Shown in pieces: positions 30,807 through 41,372 of a stretch of 64,000 nucleotides of DNA. The stretch lies in the NCBI GenBank assembly GCA_965219085.1, contig OZ244720.1:1696001-1760000 (forward strand). Direction: 5' to 3'. This DNA comes from Dehalococcoidia bacterium (GTDB lineage: Bacteria; Chloroflexota; Dehalococcoidia; UBA2979). A model generated the notes under the pieces. The model did no database searches. It was not told where the DNA came from and worked only from the letters and a program-made list of their open reading frames with translations. Both the position numbers and the translations under genes were made by a program. Numbering within the stretch: the first letter of the stretch is position 1; every line of letters begins with the position of its first letter.

Positions 30807-31990
30807 GGCTGCTGCACACCGCCGACTGGCACGTTGGCCGCACCATGCGCGGCCGCAGCCGCGTCGCGGAGTTCGAGGCCGTGCTCACCGAGGTGGTCGA
30901 CATCGCGCGCCGCGAGCGCGTCGAGGCGATGCTCGTGTGCGGAGACATCTGGGACCACCACGCGCCCTCGGCGGAGTCGGACCGCCTCGTGTTCGAGGCG
31001 TTGCGCGAGTGCATCGGCCACGGCATCCAGGTGGTGCTGCTCGCCGGCAACCACGACAACCCGCGCAAGCTGCGCGCGCTCGGCCTGCTCTCGGAGCTGC
31101 TCGGCGTGCAGACGCAGTCGGACGTGCGGCGGCCGAACGCCGGCGGCGTGCTCACGATCGAGGGCCGCGAGCACGTCGCGCGCATCGCCGCCGTGCCCTT
31201 CATCACCGAGGGCCGCTACGTCGACGCCGCCGCGATCATGGGGCTGCAAGAGGACTGGGTCAGCGCCTACGCAGACGGCGTCGCCGAGATCCTGCGCGCC
31301 GCCGCCGCCACCTTCGACGCCGCCACCGTCAATATCCTCGCGACCCACATCTTCGTCGACAAAGCTCGCGTCCAGCGCGTCGACGGCTCCGAGCGCAAGC
31401 TCCACATCGGGCAGACATACGGGGTGACCGCCGCCAGCCTGCCCTCGACGCCCCAGTACATCGCACTCGGCCATGTGCACGAGCCGCAGGACATCCTCGA
31501 CGCTCCCGTGCCGACGGCGTACAGCGGCTCGCTGCTCCAGCTCGACTTCGGCGAGCGCGGGCAGCAGAAGGTCGTGCGCGTCATCGACGCCGAGCCCGGC
31601 CGGCCCGTGACCCAGACGCCGGTTGCGCTCACGAAGGGCCGCCCGCTCGCCGAGCTGCGCGGCACGCTCGACGACGTGCTCGCGCAGGGTGCCGAGGCCC
31701 GCGACGCGCATCTGCGCGTGCGCCTCGATGTCGAGCGGCCCGAGCCGGGCATCGCCGAGCGCGTGCGCGACGCACTCCCCAACGCCGTCGACGTGCAGCT
31801 CGAATACGAGGTGCCCGAGGATGACGAGGCCGTCGAGGCGATCGGGCACCTCAGCGCGGCGGAGCTGTTTAGGCGCTACTACCAGGCGCAGCACGGCGCG
31901 GACCCCGCGCCGGAGCTCGTCGGGCTCTTCGAGGAGCTGCTCGTGGAGGGCGACGAGACGCGCGCGGCGGAGACGGCGGCGTCCCAGTGA
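30803..31990 (+). CDS. sbcD: SbcD/Mre11 nuclease
   Basis: LLHTADWHVG, GDIWD, AGNHD, THIF, YIALGHVHEPQ, YSGS; GTGA overlap with herA. Confidence 0.93.
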   Translation: MRLLHTADWHVGRTMRGRSRVAEFEAVLTEVVDIARRERVEAMLVCGDIWDHHAPSAESDRLVFEALRECIGHGIQVVLLAGNHDNPRKLRALGLLSELLGVQTQSDVRRPNAGGVLTIEGREHVARIAAVPFITEGRYVDAAAIMGLQEDWVSAYADGVAEILRAAAATFDAATVNILATHIFVDKARVQRVDGSERKLHIGQTYGVTAASLPSTPQYIALGHVHEPQDILDAPVPTAYSGSLLQLDFGERGQQKVVRVIDAEPGRPVTQTPVALTKGRPLAELRGTLDDVLAQGAEARDAHLRVRLDVERPEPGIAERVRDALPNAVDVQLEYEVPEDDEAVEAIGHLSAAELFRRYYQAQHGADPAPELVGLFEELLVEGDETRAAETAASQ

Positions 31991-34900
31991 GGCCGCTCCG
32001 GCTCGAACTGCGCGGCTTCACGTCGTTCAAGGAGCCCGCCACGCTCGACTTCGAGGGGCGCCGGCTGTTCGCGATCACCGGCCCGACGGGCGCCGGCAAG
32101 TCCTCGCTGCTCGACGCGATGACGTGGGCGCTCTACGGGCAGGTGCCGCGCGTGGGTCGCGAGACGCGGCAACTGATCACGCACGGCGCGAAGGCCATGG
32201 CCGTGCAGTTCGACTTCAGCGTGCGCGGCACGCGCTACCGCGTGAGCCGCCAGGCCCCGGGCAACCTCGGCGCGCGCCTCGAGCGGCTGCGCGCAGACAA
32301 CGTGTGGGAGCCGCTCGAGGACCGCGCGCGCGAGGTGACCCGGCGCATCGAGGAGCTGATCGGGCTCGACTACACGACGTTCACGAAGACGGTGCTGCTA
32401 CCGCAGGGCGCCTTTGACACGTTTCTGCGCGGAGACGAGTCGCAGCGCCGCGACATCCTGACGCGCCTGCTCGGCCTCGGCCGCTACGAGGAGGCCGGCC
32501 GCGCCTCACGCAACCGCGCCGCGGGCGCACGGAGCGCGGCGGACGCGCTCCGCGAGCAGATCGAACGCCTCGACGCCGCCTCTCCCGAGGCGATCGCCCA
32601 CCTCGAACGCGCGCACGCGGCGTTGGCCGCGCGCGCCGAGGCGCTCGACGCGCGCACGGGCCTGCTTACCGCGCTCGCCGAGGAGGCCCATGCGAGTACG
32701 GAGGCCGAGTCGGCCGCGGCCCGCGCCGCCGTCGCCAGCGCTGAGGCGACACGCGACGCGGAGGCCGCCCGTGACGCCCTCGCCACCGCCGTGCAGGGCC
32801 ACGAGCATGCGCAGTCGGAGCACGCCCGCCTCGACGCGGAGCGGACGGCCCTCGGCTACGACGAGCCCTCGCACCGCCGCCTCGAGCGCGAGGCGCAGAT
32901 GCTTGAGCAGCGCGAGGCCGCCCGGCGCGCCCTCGTCGCCGCCGAGGCGGAGCAGCGCGCGGCCATCGAGGACGCCGAGCGCGCCGTCGAGGAGGCGGCC
33001 CGCCTGCGCGGCGAGGCTGGCCGCGCCGATGCGGCGCGCGAACAGGCGGCCGAGACGCAGCGCCTTGCCCTCGCCGCCCTTGCAACAGCGGCTGCGGCCT
33101 CGCTCGCCACCGAGCGGGCGCTCGGCGAAGCGGCGAACGCGGCCGACGACGAGCGCGTTGCCGCCGAGCGCGCCGCCGCCGACCGCGACGGCGAGGCACG
33201 CCGCCTCGCCGCCCTCGCCGAGCGCCTGCGCGCGCAGCAGGCGGTGCTCGTCACCGCGGAGCGGGAGCACGAGGAGTCGAGCGCGGCGCACGCGGTCGCC
33301 CGGCACGCCTCGGACGCCGCGGACGTGCGCCTGCGCGCCGCCGAGGCGGAGCGCGCGTCGAGCGCGGACGCGTTCGACGCAGCGCAGCGGCAGGACGCGG
33401 CGCTCGCGCTGCAGCGCGGGCTCCAGCCCGGCGACCCGTGCCCGGTCTGCGGCGAGCCCATCGGCCACATCGAGCTGCACCCCGCGCCGGAACTCGACGC
33501 GGCCCGTGCAGCCCTCGACGCATCCGAGAGCGCGCTGCGCGAGGCGCGCGCCGTGCAGGCCGCGGCCGCGACGGCTCTCGCAGCGGCCGAGGCGAACGCG
33601 ACGCAGGCCTCGGCCGCCCTCGATCGCGCGAACAGCGACGTCGCGGCCATGCGCGCCGAAGCCGCGCAGTCCGGCATCGACGCCGACGCCCTCGCCGAGG
33701 CGATCGAGGGGGCAACCGCCGCCGCAGCCGCCGAACGCGCCCGCGCCGCCGAGGCCGCGGCCGCGCGCACACGCGCGGGCGAGGCAGCGGGCGCACTCGG
33801 CCTGCTGCGTGCCTCCATCGGCGCCGCGCTCGACGACCTCGGCGTGGAGCCGGGGGAAGCGGGTGAACCCGATGCGGTGCGGGTCGCCCTCGCAGGGGCA
33901 ATCGAGGGCCACCGGACCGCGAGTGCGGAGGCCGCATCGGCGGTTGAGCGCGCCCGAGCGGCAGGCCAGCGCTCGCGCAACGCCGACTCGGATGTCGCGC
34001 GCGCGAGTGACCGCCGCACGCGGGCGGACGCCGAACTGGCCCGCGCCGGCGACCACCTCGCTTCGCTCGGCGGCGCGGACATCGACGCCGACGCCGTACG
34101 GGCCGCACTCGCCGCCGCGCAGCGGCAGGCCGCGCGTCACCGCGAGATCGAGGCAGCGATCGGCGCGGCCGGGCAGGAACTGGCCGGCGCCGACGCACGC
34201 GTCGAGGCGGCGCGCGAAGCCCTCACCCGCGCGGAGGGGGCCGTCGAGCGTCGAACCGCTGAGGCTGACGCCGCGCGCGCTGTCGCCGGCGAGGCGCGCG
34301 AGCGGCTCGGCGCGGCGTGGACGGCCGCCGGCGTCGAGGGGACACCCGAGGCTGGGCGCGTGGCCGGGCTCATCGAGGAGCACCGTGCCGCGCTGGCTGC
34401 ATGCGAGCGCGAGCGAGACCTCGCGGCCCAGCGACTGGCGACCGCGCGGGCGGACGCGGAGCGCGCGGCGCAGATGCGCGCCGACGCCGAGGTATACGAC
34501 GGCAACGCGCAGCTCGCCGACTCGCTCGCCCTCGAACTCCGCCGCGACCGCTTCATCGCCTACGTGCAGCGCGAGGCGATGCACCTCCTCGCCGCCGATG
34601 CCGGTGAGCGGCTGCTCACGCTGTCGAGCGGGCGCTACCGCCTCGTCGTGCGCGACGAGGCGTTCTGGGTCGTCGACCGCCTCAACGGCGACGAGCGGCG
34701 TTCGGTGAGAACGCTCTCGGGGGGCGAGACGTTCCTCGCGAGTCTTGCGCTCGCCCTCGCGCTGTCCGAGCGGCTGCCGGAGATCGCGGGGCGCGGCGGG
34801 GCGATGTCGCTCGAATCGCTGTTCCTGGACGAAGGCTTCGGGGCGCTCGACCAGGACTCGCTCGACACCGCCATCGGGGGCCTCGAGACGCTCGCGGGCG

Positions 34901-35058
34901 GGCAGCGGCTCATCGGCGTGATCTCCCACATCCCCGAGGTCGCCGAACGCCTGCCCGACCGCGTCGAGGTGGTGCGGAACGGCGCAACCAGCCGCCTCGT
35001 CACGCCGAGTGCCGCCGCGGAGGCCGAGAGCGAGCCCTCGCTGGCCGCTTCGCAATGA
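31987..35058 (+). CDS. sbcC: SbcC/Rad50 SMC-like ATPase
   Basis: Walker A GPTGAGKS, LPQG, coiled coil with Zn-hook CPVC, LSGGETF, FLDEGFG, ISH. Confidence 0.94.
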   Translation: MRPLRLELRGFTSFKEPATLDFEGRRLFAITGPTGAGKSSLLDAMTWALYGQVPRVGRETRQLITHGAKAMAVQFDFSVRGTRYRVSRQAPGNLGARLERLRADNVWEPLEDRAREVTRRIEELIGLDYTTFTKTVLLPQGAFDTFLRGDESQRRDILTRLLGLGRYEEAGRASRNRAAGARSAADALREQIERLDAASPEAIAHLERAHAALAARAEALDARTGLLTALAEEAHASTEAESAAARAAVASAEATRDAEAARDALATAVQGHEHAQSEHARLDAERTALGYDEPSHRRLEREAQMLEQREAARRALVAAEAEQRAAIEDAERAVEEAARLRGEAGRADAAREQAAETQRLALAALATAAAASLATERALGEAANAADDERVAAERAAADRDGEARRLAALAERLRAQQAVLVTAEREHEESSAAHAVARHASDAADVRLRAAEAERASSADAFDAAQRQDAALALQRGLQPGDPCPVCGEPIGHIELHPAPELDAARAALDASESALREARAVQAAAATALAAAEANATQASAALDRANSDVAAMRAEAAQSGIDADALAEAIEGATAAAAAERARAAEAAAARTRAGEAAGALGLLRASIGAALDDLGVEPGEAGEPDAVRVALAGAIEGHRTASAEAASAVERARAAGQRSRNADSDVARASDRRTRADAELARAGDHLASLGGADIDADAVRAALAAAQRQAARHREIEAAIGAAGQELAGADARVEAAREALTRAEGAVERRTAEADAARAVAGEARERLGAAWTAAGVEGTPEAGRVAGLIEEHRAALAACERERDLAAQRLATARADAERAAQMRADAEVYDGNAQLADSLALELRRDRFIAYVQREAMHLLAADAGERLLTLSSGRYRLVVRDEAFWVVDRLNGDERRSVRTLSGGETFLASLALALALSERLPEIAGRGGAMSLESLFLDEGFGALDQDSLDTAIGGLETLAGGQRLIGVISHIPEVAERLPDRVEVVRNGATSRLVTPSAAAEAESEPSLAASQ

Positions 35059-35139
35059 GTAGAAGAGAGGTGCTGGATGTGGGCGGTCCGGCCGCCCGGA
35101 TCCAGCTTGCGGCCCACCCCGCCTCCAGCGAGGTGAGCC

Positions 35140-36673
35140 GTGGCGAACATCCTGGTCCTCGGCGCGAGCGGGTACGTGGGGACGCACCTCGTCCCCGAGC
35201 TGGCGGCGCGCGGCCACCGTGTGCGCGCCTCCTCGCGGCGTCGCGACACCCTCGAGGCGCGCGGGTGGGAGGGCGTCGAGGTCGTCGCCGCCGACGCGCT
35301 CGACCCCGTCTCGCTCGATGTCGCGCTCGACGGCATCGAGATTGCGTACTACCTGGTGCACTCGATGGCAGCGGGGCGGCGCTTCGCCGAGCTCGACCGC
35401 CGCGCTGCGACCACGTTCCGCGAGGCTGCGGAGCGCGCGGGTGTGCGGCGCATCGTCTACCTCGGTGGGCTGTAGCCGGAGGGCGAGGCGTCCTCGCACC
35501 TGCGCTCGCGGCGTGAGGACCGGCGAGCTGCTGCGCGCCGGCCCGGTGCCGGTGACCGAGCTGCGCGCCGGGATTGTCGTCGGGCCCGGCTCCGCGGCGT
35601 TCGAGGTGATCCGCGGCCTCGTCTACCACCTGCGGGTCATGGTCACGCCGCGCTGGGTGCGCTCGCGCAGCCAGCCGATCGCCGTCGACGACCTCATCGC
35701 CTGCCTCGTGCGCCTGCCGGACCACGAGGAGACGGCGGGCGAGATCTACGACGCGGTGGGGCTGGAGACGCTGACCTACGAGGAGCTCATGCGGCAATTC
35801 GCGCGTGGCGCGGCGGCGGCTCTTCATCCTCTGGGTCCCGGTGCTCAGCCCGAAGCTGTCCTCGTACTGGCTCGACCTCATCACGGCCGCGCCGGCGAGC
35901 GTCGCGCGGCCGCTCATCGACGGCCTCGCCCACGACCTGGTCTCGACGGAGCCGTGGCCGCTGCGCGAGGCGATCCCGATCCGGCTGCACACCTGCGAGC
36001 AGGCCGTCCGTGCCGCCTCGCCGAGGAGGAGGCCGTCGGCCCGCCCGCGCGCTGGACGGAGGGCGCGTTCAGGCTCCGTCAGCGCCGCCACGACATCTCC
36101 TTCTACGACAAGCGCGCCCGCTCCGAAGCACGCACCGCGGCGTCGCCCGAGGCGGTGTGGGCCGAGGTTTCCGCCATCGGCGGCGATCGCGACTGGTACT
36201 ACGCCGACCGCCTGTAGTGGCTGCGAGGGCTCCTCGACCGGCTTGCCGGCGGGGTGGGGATGCGGCGCGGACGCCGCGACCCGCTCGACCTCCGCGTCGG
36301 CGACGCACTCGACTGGTGGCGCGTCGAGGCGGTCGAGCCGGGCCGGCGGATGACGCTGCTCGCCGAGATGAAGCTGCCCGGCTCCGCCGTGCTCGAGTTC
36401 GTCGTATCGGCGGACGGCGACGGCTCGCGCATCACGACCCAGGCGCACTTCCACCCCGCGGGCATGCCGGGCCTGCTGTACTGGTACGCGCTCTGGCCCA
36501 TCCACCGCCGCATCTTCGACGGGCTCACACGCGCCATCGCCGAGCGCGCCGAAACCGTGTCGCGCGCGTCGGGCGACATGCCGGACGCCGCCGCCTCGGC
36601 CTGCCCGCTCGCCTCGCCCTCGCGCGGCGTGTTCGGCGCGACGCCGATCGCGTGCGATAATCCCCGCTCGTGA
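35140..36673 (+). pseudogene. NAD(P)-binding SDR/NmrA-like protein with DUF2867 domain (YbjT-like), disrupted
   Basis: ILVLGASGYVG...YYLVHSM...LGGL*; TAG at 35473 and 36215; frameshifts near 35518, 35805 and 36018; C-terminal AEMKLPG..LEF..FHPAG.PGLLYWYAL.PIH. Confidence 0.85.
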
Positions 36674-36689
36674 GCCCGAGGAGCGATTG

Positions 36690-37913
36690 ATGGTGGATCT
36701 GCCGCTTTCGGATGTGCGCGTGCTCGACCTGAGCTGGCACGTGGCCGGGCCGTACTGCACGCGCGTGCTCGGCGACTACGGCGCCGACGTGGTGAAGGTC
36801 GAGCGCCCCGCCGAGGGCGACCCCGCGCGGCTCATGCCGCCGTTCCACGAAGACGAGCCGGGCATCGAGCGCTCGGCGCTGTTCCTGCACCTCAACACCA
36901 ACAAGCGCTCGATCGCCATCGACCTGCGCTCCGAGGCGGGACGCGACACCGTGCTGCGGCTCGCCGAGTGGGCCGACGTGGTGATCGAGAGCTTCAGCCC
37001 CGACGTCCTGCCCTCGCTCGGGCTGGGCTACGAGGAGCTGCGCGCGGTGAACCCCCGGCTCGTCGTCACCTCGATCACCAACTACGGGCAGAGCGGACCC
37101 TATCGCGACTGGGCGGGCTCGACGCTGACGATCTGGGGCATGGGCGGCCCGATGCTCTACACCGGCAGCCCGAACCGCGAGCCGCTCAAGACCGCGGGCC
37201 ACACGCCCGCCTACCAGGTTGGCGCGACGGCCGCCGCCGCCACCTCGATCGCGCTGTGGGGCGCCGAGGCGAGCCGCGAGGGCGACCACCTGGACGTCAA
37301 TTTCTTCGAGACCTTCATGGGCCTCATCGACCGGCGCACGACGAGCCTGCTCAACTTCCAGCACACCGGCGAGGTGACGAGCCGCCCGCCGGCGGGCCAG
37401 ACGCCCGGTTCGGGCATCTGGCCGACGGGCGACGGCGGCTTCTTCTTCACCACCGTCATCGGGCCGCGCTGGGCGGCGATGGCCCGCATGATCGGCCACG
37501 AGGAGCTGCTCGACGACCCGCAGTGGATGGATCCGGCGTGGCGCGCCGGCGCGGAGCAGATTGCCGCGTTCGCCGAGCTCACCGGCGAGTGGATGCTCAG
37601 CCACTCGAAGCTTGAGATCCGCCAGGCGTTCGAGGATGCTGGCGTCTATGGAGGTCCCGTAAACACCATCGCCGACGTGCAGCGCGACCCGCACTTCACC
37701 GAGCGCGAGTTCTTCGAAACCATCGACCACCCGACGACCGGGCCGCTTACCTACCCGGGCCGCACCTACCGATCGAGCGCCCACGGCTGGCCGCCGCCGC
37801 CACGGCAGCGCGCCCCGCTGCTCGGCGAGCACACCGACGAGATCCTCGGCGAGGCGCTCGGCCTCGACGCCGCCGCAATCGAGGACCTGCGCAAGGAGGG
37901 GGCCGTCTCGTGA
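36690..37913 (+). CDS. Family III CoA-transferase, subunit apparently lacking the catalytic Asp
   Basis: LSDVRVLDLS..AGPYCT..DYGADVVKVE..LNTNKRS..APLLGEHT. Confidence 0.92.
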   Translation: MVDLPLSDVRVLDLSWHVAGPYCTRVLGDYGADVVKVERPAEGDPARLMPPFHEDEPGIERSALFLHLNTNKRSIAIDLRSEAGRDTVLRLAEWADVVIESFSPDVLPSLGLGYEELRAVNPRLVVTSITNYGQSGPYRDWAGSTLTIWGMGGPMLYTGSPNREPLKTAGHTPAYQVGATAAAATSIALWGAEASREGDHLDVNFFETFMGLIDRRTTSLLNFQHTGEVTSRPPAGQTPGSGIWPTGDGGFFFTTVIGPRWAAMARMIGHEELLDDPQWMDPAWRAGAEQIAAFAELTGEWMLSHSKLEIRQAFEDAGVYGGPVNTIADVQRDPHFTEREFFETIDHPTTGPLTYPGRTYRSSAHGWPPPPRQRAPLLGEHTDEILGEALGLDAAAIEDLRKEGAVS

Positions 37914-39241
37914 CCAACGGACAGATCCCGCAAGACCGTTCGACGAGCGGACTCCCGCTCGAAGGCATCCGCATCCTCGACTTCACCGTCGTCTGGGCCG
38001 GGCCCTACGCGACGCAACTATTGGCGGAGTGGGGGGCTGAGATCATCCGCGTCGAGTCGACGCAGTTCTTCCCCTCGACGACTCGAGGGGGGAGCGCGCG
38101 CCCCACCAGGGCGATGGTGATGGCGGGCGGGATCGGCGGCGGCTACCCCGACTTCGACCCGGGACCGCGACCCTGGAACCGTGCCGCGCTGTTCAACACC
38201 CACGCCCGCAACAAGCACTCGATGACCGTCGACCTGACCCGCCCCGAGGGGCAGGAGGTGTTTCACCGCCTCGTCGCCGTCTCCGACGGGATCATCGAGA
38301 ACAACGCGCCCAACACCATGGAGCGCGCGGGGGTCTCCTGGGAGCGCCTCTCGAAGGTCAACCCGCGCCTGATCCTCGTGCGCATGCCCGCGTTCGGGCT
38401 CACGGGTCCGTACCGCGCCTACCGTACGTTCGGCAGCCACATGGAGTCCGTCGTCGGGCACTACTCGGTCTTCGGCTACCCGGGCGCGCAGGCCGACGAG
38501 AGCGGCACGAGCCTGCTCGCCGACCCGGCGGCCGGGGTCTCGGGCGCGATGGCGTTCATGGCCGGCCTGCGCCACCGCCGCAAGACCGGCGAGGGCCTGC
38601 AGCTCGAGCTCGCCACCGCCGAGAACTTCACCGGCTACCTCGGCGAGTTCATCCTCGACCACTCGATGAATGACCGGCTCGCCGAGTACCGCGGCAACCG
38701 CGACCTGGTGTACGCGCCGCAGGGCGTGTACCCCTGCGCCGGCGAGGATCGCTGGATCGCGATCACCATCGGCGCCGACGAGGCCTGGCGCGCGCTGTGC
38801 GGCGTGATGGGCCGCGACGACCTCGCCGCCGACGAGCGCTACGCGACCGTCGAAGGACGGCGCACCGCCCACGATGACATCGACGCCGAGATCATGACCT
38901 GGAGCCTGTTCCAGGACTCGATCGAGGCGATGCAGCAGCTACAGGCGGCGGGTGTCGCGGCGGGCGCGGTGCTGAACGAACGCGACGCCTACGCGGACCC
39001 GCACCTCCGCGAGCGCGGCTACTTCGAGACTCTCGAACATCCCGAGTCGGGGACGTACGAGTACCCCGGCGTGCTGTGGCGGGCCGAGCGCACGCCCAAC
39101 CACCTGCGCCACGCCGCCCCGCGGCTCGGCGAGGACAACGAGTACGTCTACCGCGAGCTGCTCGGCTACTCCGAGGAGGAGTACCGCCACTTCCAGGAGA
39201 CGGGCCACGCCGGGATGGACTACGACCCCTCGATCCCGTAG
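37910..39241 (+). CDS. Family III CoA-transferase, catalytic-type subunit
   Basis: LEGIRILDFTVVWAGP..ARNKHS..LADPAAG..APRLGEDN. Confidence 0.92.
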   Translation: MTNGQIPQDRSTSGLPLEGIRILDFTVVWAGPYATQLLAEWGAEIIRVESTQFFPSTTRGGSARPTRAMVMAGGIGGGYPDFDPGPRPWNRAALFNTHARNKHSMTVDLTRPEGQEVFHRLVAVSDGIIENNAPNTMERAGVSWERLSKVNPRLILVRMPAFGLTGPYRAYRTFGSHMESVVGHYSVFGYPGAQADESGTSLLADPAAGVSGAMAFMAGLRHRRKTGEGLQLELATAENFTGYLGEFILDHSMNDRLAEYRGNRDLVYAPQGVYPCAGEDRWIAITIGADEAWRALCGVMGRDDLAADERYATVEGRRTAHDDIDAEIMTWSLFQDSIEAMQQLQAAGVAAGAVLNERDAYADPHLRERGYFETLEHPESGTYEYPGVLWRAERTPNHLRHAAPRLGEDNEYVYRELLGYSEEEYRHFQETGHAGMDYDPSIP

Positions 39242-39446
39242 CGGGACGCCACTCGCACACGACCTGGGCGCGGATCCCAGCCGGCCAGTCCTCGGTCTTA
39301 TAACGTTCGGGAACGACAACATCTACTATCCCGACAAGCGTAGGATGACGACGTGCTCGCGGGAGCGGCCCACAGGCGCAACCTGCGTCTGATCCGGGCG
39401 ATATGCGCGGGCGGCCCTTCCGCGGCGCCGCGGAGGGAGGGCCTTC

Positions 39447-41261
39447 ATGGCGAGCGATCTACAGCAAACAGAGCAGTGGTGGGCGTCACTGCACGACCGG
39501 CGCACGCTGTTGCGGGGTGCGCTACTCGGAGGAGCCGGCCTCGCCGCGGCAGCCCTGATCGGCTGTGGCGGCGATGACGACGACGACGACGATGATGATG
39601 CGGCGGTGGCTCCGGTTGCGACGGCCACGCAGGCCGTAGCGGCCACGGACGCAGCCGCGCCCGACGAGCCGGAGGGGCTCGTCACGCCGGCCGGCAACGT
39701 GATCCCGCTGCAGTTCCCCGAACCGGCGGGGGCCACCCCGAAGCCGGGCGGCGTACTCAAGCAGGCCGTGGCGTGGAACGTCGGCCCGATCGACCCGACG
39801 GTGTCTGCGGCCGGCGGCACCATCGGGCCCGGTCGCGCGGCCTATAACCGCGTCATCGGGTTCGTCTCGGGCCCTGATGCAGACCCGTTCAAGATCGAGT
39901 TCCGGCCGGAGCTGGCGGAGTCGTGGGAACGGTCCGAGGATGGGCTGTCCTACACGTTCCACCTCAACGATGGAGTGAAGTTCCACAACGTCGACCCGCT
40001 CGACGGACGCGACTTCACCTCCGGGGACGTGAAGTACGCGTGGGACCGCTACGCGGCGGGTGGGGCGCAGTCGCAGTACTTCACGGCCGTGAGCAGCATC
40101 GAGGCGCCGGACGACCTGACGGTCGTGGTGAACATGAAGTCGCCACAGCCGGACTTCCTCACGCCGATCGCCAGCCGCTACCTCACGATCCACCCGCGCG
40201 AGATCGTCGACGACGGGACGATCGAGCAACGCGCCATCGGCACGGGGCCGATGATCATGCAGGAGTCGTCACCCAGTGAGCGCGTGCTTTATGCCAAGAA
40301 CCCGGACTACTGGCAGCAGGAGGTGCTCCTGGACGGACTCGAGCACCTGGTGATGCAGGATCAGCAGGCCCGGCGCGCCGCGATGCGCGTGAACCAGGTC
40401 GATCACGCGATGATCGTGACCAGCACCGTCGCCGACCTCGACGCGCTCCTCGAGACGAACCCGGACGTGAAGGGGACGTGGAGCCCGACCGTGAACGCGG
40501 GCACGCAGATCGCCTTCAACACGAAGACCGTCTCGGCGTACCAGGACGAGCGTGTGCGGCAGGCGCTGTCGCTGGCGCTGGACCGCGAGTTCATGATCGA
40601 GCTCGCCTACGAGGGCTACGGAGCGCAGGTCTCGACGCTGCCGTGGTTCTTCCTCTTCGACGAGGAGCCGACGCCTGAGTCGGGGCTGCTCGGCAAGTGG
40701 TGGGGCTACCGGCCGGACGAGGCGAAGAAGCTGCTGATGGCCGCGGGCGCCGAGAACCTCTCGTTCGAGATGATCTACCACAACTACGCGGCGACCTGGG
40801 ATCAGCTCGCCGAGATCCTGCAGGAGCAGTTCGGCGCGGTTGGCGTCGACGTCGACGTCACCAAGCTCGACTACACGTCCTACAACTCGCAGCTGATCCA
40901 GGTCACTTACGAGGACGTGATCTACGGCTGGTCCGCGAACGGCTTCGACGCCGACACGTTCTTCTTCGCCCAGATCCACTCCGAGTCCGCGGCTAACCGC
41001 TACAACATCGAGGATCCGCAGATTGACGCGTGGGCGGAGGCGCAGAAGGTCGAGCTCGACCCGGAGGCGCGCAAGGAACTGCACCGCAACATCTGGGATC
41101 GCATGCACGAGCGGGTGTACCGCATCGACATGCCGGCTGCGCAGTACTGGAGCCTCTACCAGCCGTGGCTGCGTGGCGTCCGGTTCGTGGGTCCGCTGGG
41201 CATCAACTACTCGTTCACCGAGATCGCTGCCCAGGTCCAGGACGCCTGGCTCGACAAGTAG
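39447..41261 (+). CDS. Peptide/nickel-type ABC substrate-binding lipoprotein (Tat-exported)
   Basis: DRRTLLRG twin-Arg, LIGC lipobox, poly-Asp, PELAESWE..YTFHL..GVKFH, GTGPM, RVRQALSLALDR. Confidence 0.92.
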   Translation: MASDLQQTEQWWASLHDRRTLLRGALLGGAGLAAAALIGCGGDDDDDDDDDAAVAPVATATQAVAATDAAAPDEPEGLVTPAGNVIPLQFPEPAGATPKPGGVLKQAVAWNVGPIDPTVSAAGGTIGPGRAAYNRVIGFVSGPDADPFKIEFRPELAESWERSEDGLSYTFHLNDGVKFHNVDPLDGRDFTSGDVKYAWDRYAAGGAQSQYFTAVSSIEAPDDLTVVVNMKSPQPDFLTPIASRYLTIHPREIVDDGTIEQRAIGTGPMIMQESSPSERVLYAKNPDYWQQEVLLDGLEHLVMQDQQARRAAMRVNQVDHAMIVTSTVADLDALLETNPDVKGTWSPTVNAGTQIAFNTKTVSAYQDERVRQALSLALDREFMIELAYEGYGAQVSTLPWFFLFDEEPTPESGLLGKWWGYRPDEAKKLLMAAGAENLSFEMIYHNYAATWDQLAEILQEQFGAVGVDVDVTKLDYTSYNSQLIQVTYEDVIYGWSANGFDADTFFFAQIHSESAANRYNIEDPQIDAWAEAQKVELDPEARKELHRNIWDRMHERVYRIDMPAAQYWSLYQPWLRGVRFVGPLGINYSFTEIAAQVQDAWLDK

Positions 41262-41304
41262 GCGGCGAGAAGCCCGAGCGAGCGACTCGCTGCATCGGGA
41301 CAAG

Positions 41305-41339
41305 ACTGGGCCCGCTCCCGAACGGGGGGCGGGCCCAGT
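41305..41339. terminator. Bidirectional terminator hairpin
   Basis: ACTGGGCCCGCTCCC...GGGGGCGGGCCCAGT between convergent genes. Confidence 0.75.
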
Positions 41340-41372
41340 GGCGTTCTGCCGTTCGTCGCCGTCAGGCGATCG

